NCBI GenBank assembly: GCA_977016875.1
Contig: CDRNST010000066.1
Location: forward strand, 1,364,001-1,428,000
DNA length: 64,000 nucleotides
Source: Pavona decussata
Taxonomy: Eukaryota
Direction of reading: 5' to 3'
Both the position numbers and the translations under genes were made by a program. Within the stretch, counting starts at the first letter, position 1, and every line of letters begins with the position of its first letter. Positions 26,500 to 37,547 of the stretch are shown here, one piece after another. The notes beneath the pieces were generated by a model. That model saw only the letters and a list, made by a program, of their open reading frames with translations. It searched no databases and was not told where the DNA came from.

Positions 26500-27543
26500 T
26501 GGCCTTTTTGTGTGGTCAGCATTCAAGGCTTGCGCAAGAATGAGAGGAAAGCGTCCCAGTTCTGCTTTCTTAAATATTGTCTCTCCAATTTTAGCAAGGC
26601 TGAAAACGTCACTGGCAGTGCTTTGCCATTTCACTCCGCCCACAATTTCTGGTGCAATGTGAGGGAATTTCCTCGCGTATTGCCTTTGGCTTTCCGCTGA
26701 AAAAGTGATTTCGGTCTTCTGGCACCACTCATAGGGACACTTTTCCCAAAGTCTATAACCACAGGGTTATAAACGCCATCTCTGTTGTCAAGAACAACGT
26801 TATTTGACTTCAAGTCATTGTGTAAAAAGCCTTTCTCGTGAATACAAGTTAAGGCTTCCGCTGTTTTGGCAATTATCCTTGTTCAAGTCATCTTGTCGGG
26901 AATTTTTATTTTCACTAGTACACTGGATATAGTATACGAGGTGGTGTCCTGATTTCCGTGGAATTGCATGATCAAACAATAGGGTTGACGCTCTGTGCAC
27001 ACCCCAAATAGAAGGGGAAGACTGGGAGAATCGCCGAGCTTGTTCAAAATGCGGGCCTCGTATATCAGTTCCTGTGCAACTCTCGCCTCCGCCACTTTTT
27101 GGCTTTCACGTTGAAGCTGCTTCACTCGAAGCTCTTCTTTGATGCGTATGCCCCTGTATAATGCCAGGTAGCACGAACCATAACTTCCACTGCTGAACAT
27201 CTGTCCTAGTGATCTGGTCTGGGCGTATTTCCTTCAAGAAGAGTTCGTTGCTTTGGCGTCGGACAGTTTTCTTTGGAGGACCTTCCTGTTGCTGCGTTGA
27301 ATGCGCTCTTTTCCGGTCAGAATCTTTCGAGGCTGGATTTGCCACTTTTGCCACAGCCCTTGTAGCATTTCCTTCTTGACCGAGGACTGCAAGCTCTCCC
27401 TGGTCAACACGCGCTTGCACAATGCGCTCTGCCTCTTGCTGTATTCGCCTTTGGCGATCTGCGAGTTTGGCCTGCCTCGCCTCTTTCTTTACGCCTTTTT
27501 TTCTGCCTTTTTCTTTTAGCCTTTTAAATATGACGCCTTTCAA
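26500..27543 (-). pseudogene. Intronless protein kinase pseudogene (frameshifted)
   Basis: Three frames carry the Gly loop SSGSYGSCY, alphaC YEARIL, catalytic loop IHEKGFLHNDLKSNNVV, DFG (VIDFGKS), APEIV and SDVFSL. A basic coiled-coil N-terminal part is at 27106..27543. Confidence 0.85.
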
Positions 27544-27601
27544 CCTCGTTAATGATAACTAAAATATTATCTCTCTGTTTCTCTACACACAACCACAACT
27601 A

Positions 27602-27869
27602 CAATCGTGGACAAAACGGTTAAGAAAACGTACCCTTCCAAGCGTTTTGACAAGTAAACAATCGAACGACCATATTTTCCCCGCCCCCCTCCCCCCAACT
27701 CAATATTGTTTGGTGGGTCACGAACAGTTTCACGGCAATCAGCATTTCCCAAATCAACATTGTATAGGGGGAGGGAGAAGGAACTTGTAGAAATTCGAGG
27801 GGAGGAATAGGAAATAATTGTTTTTGGTGGGCCGCGTTCAGATTTCTTAACAAGAATTGTCCACGATTG
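27602..27869 (+). mobile_element. Tc1/mariner-type MITE, copy 1
   Basis: TIR caatcgtggacaa / ttgtccacgattg, with TA at 27600-27601 and 27870-27871. Confidence 0.85.
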
Positions 27870-28061
27870 TAAAACAGACAAATTGTTAAAAAACAGAGAT
27901 CTAACCCTGCACAGAAACCCGGTCGGGTGATATGTAATTGGACATTGGGTACTAATTAACGTCCAGGAATATTGCTGTTAATTGGTTCTAATTCGCGGAG
28001 ATAATGGTTGTAATTTGTAACGCAAAGAGATGCATTATCTCATCACCTCGCCAGTTTTACA

Positions 28062-29047
28062 ATGGTTTTTACAGGCGCCATTGACTCGCAAAGAAAGGCG
28101 TATATCGCATATTTGGCGCGGCAGAAGATATTACCAGCCGTAGAGATACTGAAACAATGCAACATTTCACTTGCATCGGTATACAGAATTCGAGACGAGT
28201 TCATATCCGTGAAACAGACCGGTCCCGTTTATACGCGCAGGAGGACCTCCGAGCAAGTTGTGCGCGCGTGACCAGAGAAAAATTATTCGCTGTTTGCGAG
28301 CGCTACGAAAAGAGGAAGGACATTTTTCTTCCAGTAGGATTGTCCGAGGATGACATGCGTCAACGTGTTCACTTTGCAAAGAACATAAAAAATAACCACT
28401 CTCGGGATATTTGGTGCAATACGGTTGCTTTCTATTTGGATGGTGTCAGTTTCTATTATAACAGAAATCTGGCGGATCAAGCTAGAACGCCACAAGGGAG
28501 AGTATGGAGGAGAGCGTGTGAAGGGCTTATTCAGGGATGCTCAGCTAAAGGATCCAAAGAGGGGAGTGGAGGTCGCGTTTTAAGATTAATGGTGGCCATT
28601 AGTTACGGTAAAGGAGTAATTGAGTGTCATGCATATGATAATCTGGACAGCCGTTCATTTGCCTCTTTTGTTAATGGAAAATTTGATTCTATGTTTGCAA
28701 GAGCAGACAAGAATGGTTCTCGCATGTTTGTACAACTCAACGCACCAAACCAGAATTCTGCTCTTGTTAGAAGAGTACTTAAAATAAAAAGGGCAAAACA
28801 ATTATATATTCCGCCTCGCAGCCGTGACATAGATGCTATCGAGAATTTCTTTAATCTTGTTTAAAAAAAGCTGAGAAAACAGGCTGTAGAATTAAACATT
28901 ACGCGTGAGACATTCGATGAATTTTCATCACGTGTAATTAGAACAATGTACAACTTTCCATCAGAGGTAATCGACAAGATTATAGACACTATGGGTGGCC
29001 GTATGGATGCCATTATTACTGGAAAAGGACAATGCACTAAGTATTAA
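28062..29047 (+). pseudogene. Tc1-like (DD34E spacing) transposase, disrupted
   Basis: HTH ILKQCNISLASVYRI and a GPPSKL.ARDQRKII motif are present. The catalytic region reads FYLDGVSF, FVQ(L)NAP (second Asp replaced) and PPRSRDIDAIENFF, with 34 residues before the Glu. The C-terminus is MGGRMDAIITGKGQCTKY*. It has frameshifts and a stop at 28862. Confidence 0.85.
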
Positions 29048-29478
29048 TACTTGTATTCAATATACATTTATTATTCTTGGAACTCAGGACACGAAAGCAG
29101 TCTTTTCTGACCAAGTAATAATCAGAAGATTATGTCACGCTAGTATTTTATTGTGTTACATAGTACAGCGTGCGTGACAGGCATGTCACAAACGTCAACA
29201 AATACATTCTACAAGAGAAAATGTGTCCATTTCTTGCCGTAACATCTACCTTTCTTCCGTTTGTTTACATATAACTCTTAATAACGCAAAATACTTTAAT
29301 TGCATACGATTAACAAGAAGACATTTAGCACTTTCAACGATTAACAACGATTAACAGCAGTTTTGTATTAAAAGAAATGACTATCTATTCTTTTCAAGAG
29401 CATTCGGTGTTAACCGTTGAAAACCTGTGTTAATCGTTGTTTTATTTCACCATTGCCTTGAAACTGTCAAGTTAATCG

Positions 29479-30113
29479 TTACATGCCGAATTCTAGGTCT
29501 GGCTCGCCACAAATAAGCCGGCTTACAAAACATCGTGCACATGGCGGGATTTCTCTTTGCCGCTCCCGTGGGATTTGAAAATTGAAATAAAAAATTCTCC
29601 AACGCACATTCATCATTTCCGTTTCACGTTCATCTACTAAGCCATTTTTAATATACATGAGCGGACGCTTTCCTGTGCAGAAGATTGGAGTATCAGCAGT
29701 CAGGGAAATATCCTTTGCAAAATGAGTTTTTGGTGCGCGCTGAAATAGTTGTGATGCTTGTTGGTAAAGTGAACTGAAATCCCAAATTCCTTCAATAAAA
29801 ATTCCTTCGCCGATAACCAGCGTTCATTACGATCCAGTTTCAGCACGAGATGATAATGTTCACCACCGTTCTTATGTTTCTCCCGACAGCAACACCACTG
29901 AACAACTCTCCCTTTGCCTTGCAATTGAGAAAATGCGTACACAACTGCTGAGGCGAAATTTTCCCAGGTTGGAAATTTAGTAATATCTGCCTGGCTATAT
30001 GTCACCAAATAAACACTGCGTCGGTCACTTCTAAGGAGAGAATCTTCGGATAACGATTTACCCGGCTCCTCTGAACTAGATTCATCACTTTCATAGCTTT
30101 TCAAAAGATCCAT
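29479..30113 (-). pseudogene. Rolling-circle Rep (HUH endonuclease + SF3 helicase, NS1/CRESS-like) with an internal deletion
   Basis: 30113-29737 has motif I VYLVTY, motif II EHYHLVLKL and the start of motif III NYFSA. The frame then shifts into an open frame missing from the ORF track (29736-29479): APKTHFAKDISLTADTPIFCTGK...DERETEMMNVRWRIFYF...PPCARCF*. This resembles SF3 motif B'/C and the arginine finger. Confidence 0.7.
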
Positions 30114-30350
30114 AGTGTTGGTGGTTACTAACTTCACTGAACAATGGCAAAACAAGTGGCCAGAACGATACGCGAGTTGCTTATATCACGACAGGCATGA
30201 TCTGTTTTTGGCTTGTTACATCTCTGCTAAATAAAACACTGACGTTAACGTACGCGTAACTTAGAGAACACCGACCGGTGTGTCTATCCACGGCTCCCGG
30301 GAAGTTCAAACTTTTTGAGTTCTGAGGAAATGGAAAAAAATTGGCTGACA

Positions 30351-30633
30351 CAATCGTGGACAAAACGGTTAAGAAAACGTACCCTTCCAAGCGTTTTGAC
30401 AAGTAAACAATCGAACGACCATATTTTCCCCACCCCCCTCCCCCCTCCCCCCAACTCAATGTTGTTTGGTGGGTCACGAATAGTTTCACGGCAATCAGCA
30501 TTTCCCAAATCAACATTGTATAGGGGGAGGGGGGGAGGGAGAAGGAACTTGTAGAAATTCGAGGGGAGGAATAGGAAATAATTGTTTTTGGTGGGCCGCG
30601 TTCAGATTTCTTAACGAGAATTGTCCACGATTG
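30351..30633 (+). mobile_element. Tc1/mariner-type MITE, copy 2 (near-identical to copy 1, same orientation)
   Basis: It has the same TIRs and differs mainly in homopolymer tracts. Flanks are CA on the left and TA on the right. Confidence 0.85.
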
Positions 30634-31382
30634 TAGGCAAAGTTCATCAACTAACAGGAAATGGTTGATGTGAGAATTCTTGGTTTTCAGCTACGTGCAC
30701 GTCATGCAAGTAAAACAATGAAATCATCAACCATTCAATGGTGATGTCACTTGAAAACCAACATATACACACGATTAAATAGTAATTCTCCACAATGCAA
30801 TGTTTCACGTACCGCAGGTTTCCTCCGGAAATGCTGGATAGTTAAAAGAATATATATTTTCATCTTAGTCAGGGCCTTTACTCAATGCGTCAAAACCCAT
30901 AACATGGCTTACAACTTAACTAGTGTCAAGCTTAATTTGTCACCATGAGAACAATAGAACCTACTTTACAGAATACCACATTGTTTGGTATTTTGATTTG
31001 AGACTCACCCGCAATTGGTTTGAGTAGTTCGCGTCAGATCATGGCTGACATTTACGTTGCTTGATGTCCGCGATGCAAAAAGTCTTTTCGGACAAGAAAT
31101 GCATTAAAAATTGCATTTCAGCAAAAAGCACCCTGGAAACGAGTTGCCATAAAACATCACATTTTCATTTTGTGAGAAGCAAGCCCCAACAATGAGACCT
31201 CGACTTCTAAAGAACAGTGACCAGCATTTGCAGTGGCTGGCTGATGTTGTCGAATGTATAAACTCTGCACACAAACCCTACGTTCCAGGTTAGTATAGGA
31301 TGTTGGGCTAGATTGCAGAATACCCTAACTTAAAAAACTGCTACCGCAGTCCCGCAGTCGTCACACTACACATGAATATACC

Positions 31383-34300
31383 TGGTGTCCACAAGACTTC
31401 AATACAAACAGGAAATGTGTTTATTTGTCCGTCAAACTCCACTTCGAATTTACCAAAAAGACCATCTCGTACAACACGAGAAAAACAACAAGATCTGATC
31501 CGACTAAAAAACATGACATTTTATAGCGAAAATACATGAGAAAATTATTTGCATGTCCCTAGGGCAAAACAAAAAATATTTCATTCCTAATGAGAAAAGT
31601 CTTGGCATTCTTTCTTTTGTCCATACCTCCCCCCTTGATATGACGTAGCATATCAACGAACATTTAACCTAGTAAGAGGAGGAACTGCAAAAAAAATGCT
31701 CCAAGTAGGAATGTCACTAATCCTTTCATAATTCAATCTTTGTTCCGCAACAAAGTCTTTTAATTTAGCATCGTTCTTAAGTAAGTTTCAAGTGACATAA
31801 CTTTGAAATAGGCCTTGTGTGATCTGGTTCTTCCCAACTTGAACTTTTGCGACTCTAACATGCCCATCTTGGCCAGGGTAAAGTTCAATCACTCTTCCAA
31901 GAGGCCAGTGACCTTGTGGTGTGTTGGGTGAAATTACTAAAACTACGTCCCCAACTTTTAGATCTTGCTTGACTTCAGTCCACTTTCTCCTGACATTAGA
32001 GGGCCGTATACACGACCGAAAAAATTGTAACGGTTCGGATAACAAAACGAACGGCTCTGACAAAATTTGACGTGGAAACGGTACTTGAACTGTTCCAGTC
32101 TTATCCGCTCCGTTCCTTAAAAGGTCGATAGGTGGCTATGGACCCGTTTTGGAATGGAACCGATAAAAAACGGTTCTCTACCCACCTTTTGTTTTCTTTT
32201 CAATGTGTAAACGCTCTCCCTTTTTCGGTACCGTTATGCTATGTTTTTTCTGAGCTTATAGTACTCCACGTTAGTTGTTTAGCATACCATTGATCGTCAG
32301 AGTAAGTGCTGTATGCAAGATCAAACCAAACGCCTGTTCTTGGAATTTGCCACAAGCTCCGTTCGATTGTGAAGTGCGACACAAGGGCTGTTTATAGGAG
32401 AACCGTAAGCCTTGTTTTTCTCCTAATTCGGTACATTCTCTCAGAAGCATTCCTTTGAAGAATCACTCGCGCTGTCAAACATGAATTTCGTGTTCTCTTT
32501 TTCAGAAGAAACTAGAAAAGTGCTTGTAAATCTATGATAGTCGGAGACACGCACAGTGTACTGTATATGTAAGCGGATATGAACAACTAATCGAAGCAGT
32601 TTTGTTTAATTATTGCGGGCTCCATCGAAGAAAACGGTCTAGTACCCGTTCCAAGGGGCTCTCAAGTACGGTGCCTTTTTCTGTCAGGTACATTACAGAA
32701 TTTGCACGTGTAAACGGGACATTTTGTATGGAACCGGTACTTGTTTCTAACCGAGCCGTTCCTTCTCTTTTAACGTGTAAACGGGCCTTTAAGCTTGGAA
32801 GCCACTCACTGTGCCAGAAGTGTCTCACTAATTCTCTCTTCTCCATCTTTTCTTTGGGCTGAAGGTGGTTTTGTCCACTGAATCTGGGGCGAATTGTCCA
32901 CCAATCTGACCAATTAAGAAATGGTTTGGTGTTAATGGTACATCGTCATCGGGACTTGCAGACTGATAGGTTAGAGGTCTTGAATTCAAAAGTGCCTCTG
33001 CTCCGGTAAATGCAGTCATTAATTCTTCGTCAGTGATGTCTGCGTTTCCTAAAATTGCACGCACCGCCCATTTCGCTGCCTTGATCATTGACTCATGTAC
33101 GCCACCAAAATGTGGTGCTGCTGGGGGATTGAAGTGCCAGGTAACTCCCTGATTCGTTGTGGAGGCTTTGATTCTGTCTTGGTCAAGCACTTCAACCAGT
33201 TGGCGCAGCTCTTTGTTTGCCTTAACAAAATTTCCACCATTGTCAGATAACATTTCTCGAGGAAGACCCCTCCGATTGGCCATTCTGTAAAAGGCATTCA
33301 TGAACGAATCTGTGTCAAGACCATAGGCCATCTCAAGATGAACTGCTCTCTTTGCGAGACAGGTGAACAAACACAAGTAACGTTTCTGCCTTTGTGTTCC
33401 TCTGCCTTGAATGGTGATAAAAGGGCCTCCGAAATCTACTTCCGTCTGGGCAAATGCTCGCAGTGATAATGTTAGTCTTATCTGTGGTAGAGGGGCCATA
33501 ACTTGCTCTGCTGCTTTAGCTTTTCGTCATTGCACTCCTTCTCCCATTCTCTTATTTCTTCGCGACCAGATATTATCGAAAACCGGGTTGATAAAGCCGC
33601 CAATGTTTGATTAGTTCCACTTGCATGCTTCCCTTTCTCGGGATAATGCTTGACAATTAGCTTTGTCACTTGATTCTTGCGGGGAAAGGATTATAGCAAA
33701 TCGGGTGTCTTCTGATAAGAACTCTGCATATCTCAGTCGACCTTCACTCCTGATCTGGCCCTCTTCGTCAAGTCTTGGTTTTAATCCAAGCAATTTGCTG
33801 TTCTTTAGTAACTCCCTTTGGCGAAGAAGCGCTGTGTACTTGTCTGGAAAAGCTTCTTGTTGTGCGCTTTTAATCGCTTGAGTTTCTGCGTCCTCCATTT
33901 CTCCTGGCTTTAGCTCTCCACTCTCTCTTTCGTGGAGTCTGCAGTTGTTTATAAAACGATAGACCCATGCTTGAACTCTGATAAAGTTTTGCCAACTTAA
34001 AAATCGATTTGGAATCAAACGCCATAAATGCGTATTCTCCTTTAGTGAAATCATTGTTCGTTCCTCGACATCATCATTTGCTTGTTTGGGGAATTCTCGG
34101 TCATTCCTCTTGGTCTCCATTGATTTCGTTTCCTGATCTACGTTGACACGGTTTATTGGCCATTCTGCTTCGTCGTTTCCAAGGAATTCAGGTCCGTTCC
34201 ACCACTTCTCGCAGTTAGCTAGTTCCGACACCTTTAAGCCTCTGTAACCAGGTCAGCTGGATTTTCTTTGGTTGGAACAAATCGCCATTGCTGAGGATCG

Positions 34301-34715
34301 GTCAAACACTGAATCTCTTCCACTCGATTTGCGACAAACGGTTTGAACGACCGCCTTCTTCCTCTAATCCACCACATTACATTCATGCTATCAAACCAGA
34401 AGGTTAATTGATTCAAGGCACTGTCTAAGGCTTTGGAAACAGAATCTGACATTCTTAACCCGAGAACTGCTGCCATCAGTTCCAATCTGAGAATACTTGT
34501 CGTGGAGAATGGCGCGACTCTAGTCTTAGCAGTTACTAGCCATCTGGATACCAATCCACTCTTACAACATACTCTTGAGCAGATGACAGCTCCATACCCA
34601 TCCTGCGATGCATCAACAAATACATGCAGTGTCTCTGAAAGCACTTCCTTGTCCTGTCCTAAGCGCAGACACCTCGGAACTTTGATTTCCAGTAAATCTC
34701 TTAACTCACTGAGAC
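31383..34715 (-). mobile_element. BEL/Pao LTR retrotransposon, 3' half (RNase H, integrase, 3' LTR)
   Basis: RNase H: LHVFVDASQDGYG...LELMAA...FWFDSMNV...VPTKENPAD (34234..34700). Integrase: VDFGGPF...AVHLE...LSDNGGNF...PHFGGVHE (32828..33499). C-terminus [15 protein letters not shown]. The PPT aaggggggagg is at 31625-31636, before a putative LTR at ~31383-31623. Confidence 0.9.
32000..32787. mobile_element. TIR MITE (PIF/Harbinger-like) inserted in the BEL integrase tail
   Basis: Ends are agggccgtatacacg / cgtgtaaacgggcct at a TTA/TAA-like site. Removal approximately restores WLPSLNVRRKW. Confidence 0.7.
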
Positions 34716-36133
34716 AGCTTTGATGAATACAAATTTGAACGAAGGGGTTACAGGCAGGATGTATTAGGCAGTAACAAATGTAGAAGTACTTAAAATTGAA
34801 AGGCAAGCTGTTTAAAAACAACTCGATGTAGTGAAATTAAAGAAACTCAGCAACTGGGTTTCTAAATGAATGGTTATTTTAACATTAAAATTGAGTGGGG
34901 TTGTCACAGCGAAAACCCGGGAGTAAGAACGTGCAGTTTGGGAACTTAGTAATTATTGTCCATTTCTGTGAGAAAAAAAAAAAAGATGTTATTTTGAACG
35001 CTTTGCATTTTCCTATTACTGAGAGCTTTTTGTATTAAACATTAGTTTTATGAAAGAAGAACCTGATTTAAACTAGAAGGTTTAGACGTTGTTATTTAAA
35101 GAGTGTCTTTTAAACAGGCTGTAATTGAGGTTCTTACTCCCAGGATTGTAGTGTATATTGTTAACAGAACTCAATGATGCACAGCAGGTCACTTATGCAA
35201 GCCAAGACGGCATTCCTGAAAGAAAGAAAAGACAAAGAGTTGACACTATTATTGTTGACTGGTGATCAAGCACGAGGTGCTACATAATCAATGTTTGCTG
35301 CGAGGGGCCACCTTGAATGTGGGATACCGGAATGCTGTAACCTGTCAAGAAATTGTCTGTGACGTGTTTGCCAACAACAAGGTATTTGTTTGATACGATT
35401 AAAGATATTTTGGTATGAACTGATAAAGAGTGGTGTTGTTGATCCATCAAAGTGTAAGTGCTGGAAACTGTTGTGTGCCACCTAAAGTTCAATTTCTTGT
35501 GCGGAGAAGGACAAGCTTTTGAGAAGTGACTACCCAGAGGTGGATCGCACACATCGCCCCATGTCTGATGCTGAAAGTCAGGAGAGAATGATTCTCTGAA
35601 AGCTGTGCTGCTCTGCAACGAGACAGATGTCATCTTCTTGAGAAATTATAACCAATGGTGATGCAAGTGGACAAAGTACTTGTACAAGAAATATAAATGA
35701 AAACTTGAGGAGCAGTTTTGAGATATATTGTAAACATTTTAAAAAGGATACACTGAGAACTAGACCACGCTTGTTGGATTAGTTGTTCATACATAACACT
35801 TGGGTGTTCTAGTTTTAAAGGCCCCGTTGCATGTTGGGGGGGCCATGTGCTTTTGGGATTATAGCAAATTAAAACCAAAATAAGAGGTTTCTTTAAGATG
35901 TTATACTTTTGCTCTGGTAACCTGCTATGTCAAGATTTTTATGTCGTAGATTTTCATCAATAAATATTCCAAGCAATTTGACAGCGGAAACATGTTGTAT
36001 TGGAACATAATCAATCAAGAGCTCAAGTGGGTTCGACAAAGTACTCAAGTGTTGTCTGGAGCCACATCAATTCAGTTTTAGCAGGGTTCAAAGTAAGTTT
36101 ATTGGAAATAAGTCATTTGTTTAAGTTACTTTG

Positions 36134-37105
36134 CGTTAAAAAACGAAAAACAAGAAATGACAGTAATCTTACGACAGCTTAGTGTGCTATGTTTACATGG
36201 TCGTCACATTGTGTCAGGTAATTCGCGGGGATACATGTAATTGAACAAAACACATCTGCCCCCTACTTTAACTCAAAAGGAGAAGGCTTCGGTTTACTTC
36301 ACCTAACATTGTAACATATGAAAGAAAAACTGGCAAGAAACAGCAAAGAAATATTTACGTAGTCGCCAGTATGTGAAACACACAGACTACTCCCTGTAGC
36401 AGAAGGACTACGAACAACGCGGGACAGTTGCATGCTAATGATCATGCGCAGTTTGACTCGATCCAGGCACCGACTCATGTCCAACCGTAGCCGTAGTCCG
36501 CAGTCGTCCTATCTTAAAGTCCTGGCTTGTGGGTTCTGGTAGAACACAGAACCTGGAAATTTTATTCACAACAACAAAATTTCATACAAACACATCACAG
36601 ACATGCTGTTAATTTAATAGATTATTTGAAGTTTTGCAGACAGTTAAAGATGTTGAGTTTGGCCAAAATTGGAAAATGTCATTAAATTTTTATACATTCT
36701 TCATCAACAACGGCCCATCTGATTTACAGGAAGCCAAAATTTCAAACGATCAGAACCGCCTTTGCAACTTTTTCTTCTCAGCTTTCAGTTTACCGACTTG
36801 TTAAGATCCTTTTTATCGGCAAACATCAACCAGCAGTTTACAGTTCAGAGTTAGCCCCATGTACATAATCCCGGCTTAAGATTAAGGGTTTCTTTTTACC
36901 TATGTATGATGGGGTACTTGCAGGAAAGCAAGATGGTGGGTGCACGGAGGAAAGGATCAAGAAAGTTTTGCTTTAAATTTGTCTTTATTTGACACAACCA
37001 CCAAAGGACCTCTTTTCATTTTTGGAGATAACGTTGTAAGGAACGTAAATTTGATGCTTAAATGTCGGTTTATGTTTGAAAACTAGTAAAAAAACTTTGC
37101 TGTAT
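36134..37105. repeat. Unclassified interspersed repeat, copy B
   Basis: It matches 23683-24540 and 40620-41160. Confidence 0.85.
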
Positions 37106-37547
37106 TACTATTCAAGAGCCAATGACATTCAAATTGTCCGCCTACCCGGCAAAAAGAGCAAGATGATTTCAAATTTTAAATTTTAACAAGTTTTCATTTT
37201 AATTGTTACACTTTGTCAACTTTGAGTTGATTAATTTTACAGTGCTACGCGCCTAACCGTTGCCACCCAGGAAAGTTTTTGATTAGTTATTGACAACTTT
37301 TTGACATCTCTTTGACAACTTCTGATGGCTTCTGTTTCAATTGTCCAATAAAATCGTGTTAACGCCGGTAACAAAATGCGCGGGAATTTGCCGATTCACT
37401 TTGCTCAGTATAATCTATTGTCGGACTAATCATGAATGAAGATAAAAATGCATGTAAGTTTTCTTTCCTAATTTTCTAGTTCTTCAAAGCTTGCATTTAC
37501 AACCGCCATGTCCGTTGCAATTTTTTTTTCTGCAGCTGATGTCCAGT

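Larger units (their letters stand above)
27912..30286 (+). mobile_element. Tc1-family element carrying a convergent Rep (HUH + SF3) gene
   Basis: Degenerate TIRs: left cagaaacccggtcgggtg...gtactaattaacgtc; reverse complement of the right end tagacacaccggtcggtg...gtacgttaacgtc. The transposase ATG lies ~150 bp inside the left end and the Rep ATG ~170 bp inside the right end. Confidence 0.55.

Noticed and set aside
29479-30113. Helitron, or a complete endogenous ssDNA virus
   Set aside because: The helicase remnant looks SF3 rather than PIF1, I saw no Helitron ends, and there is no capsid ORF nearby.
27567-30554. Duplicated ORFs, and the twin repeats read as LTRs
   Set aside because: The ORFs fall in the MITE copies. 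The repeats have their own TIRs and TA flanks, with no TG...CA ends, PBS or PPT.
35200-35900. Several overlapping short minus-strand ORFs
   Set aside because: I found no recognisable motif or consistent frame, so no call is supported.
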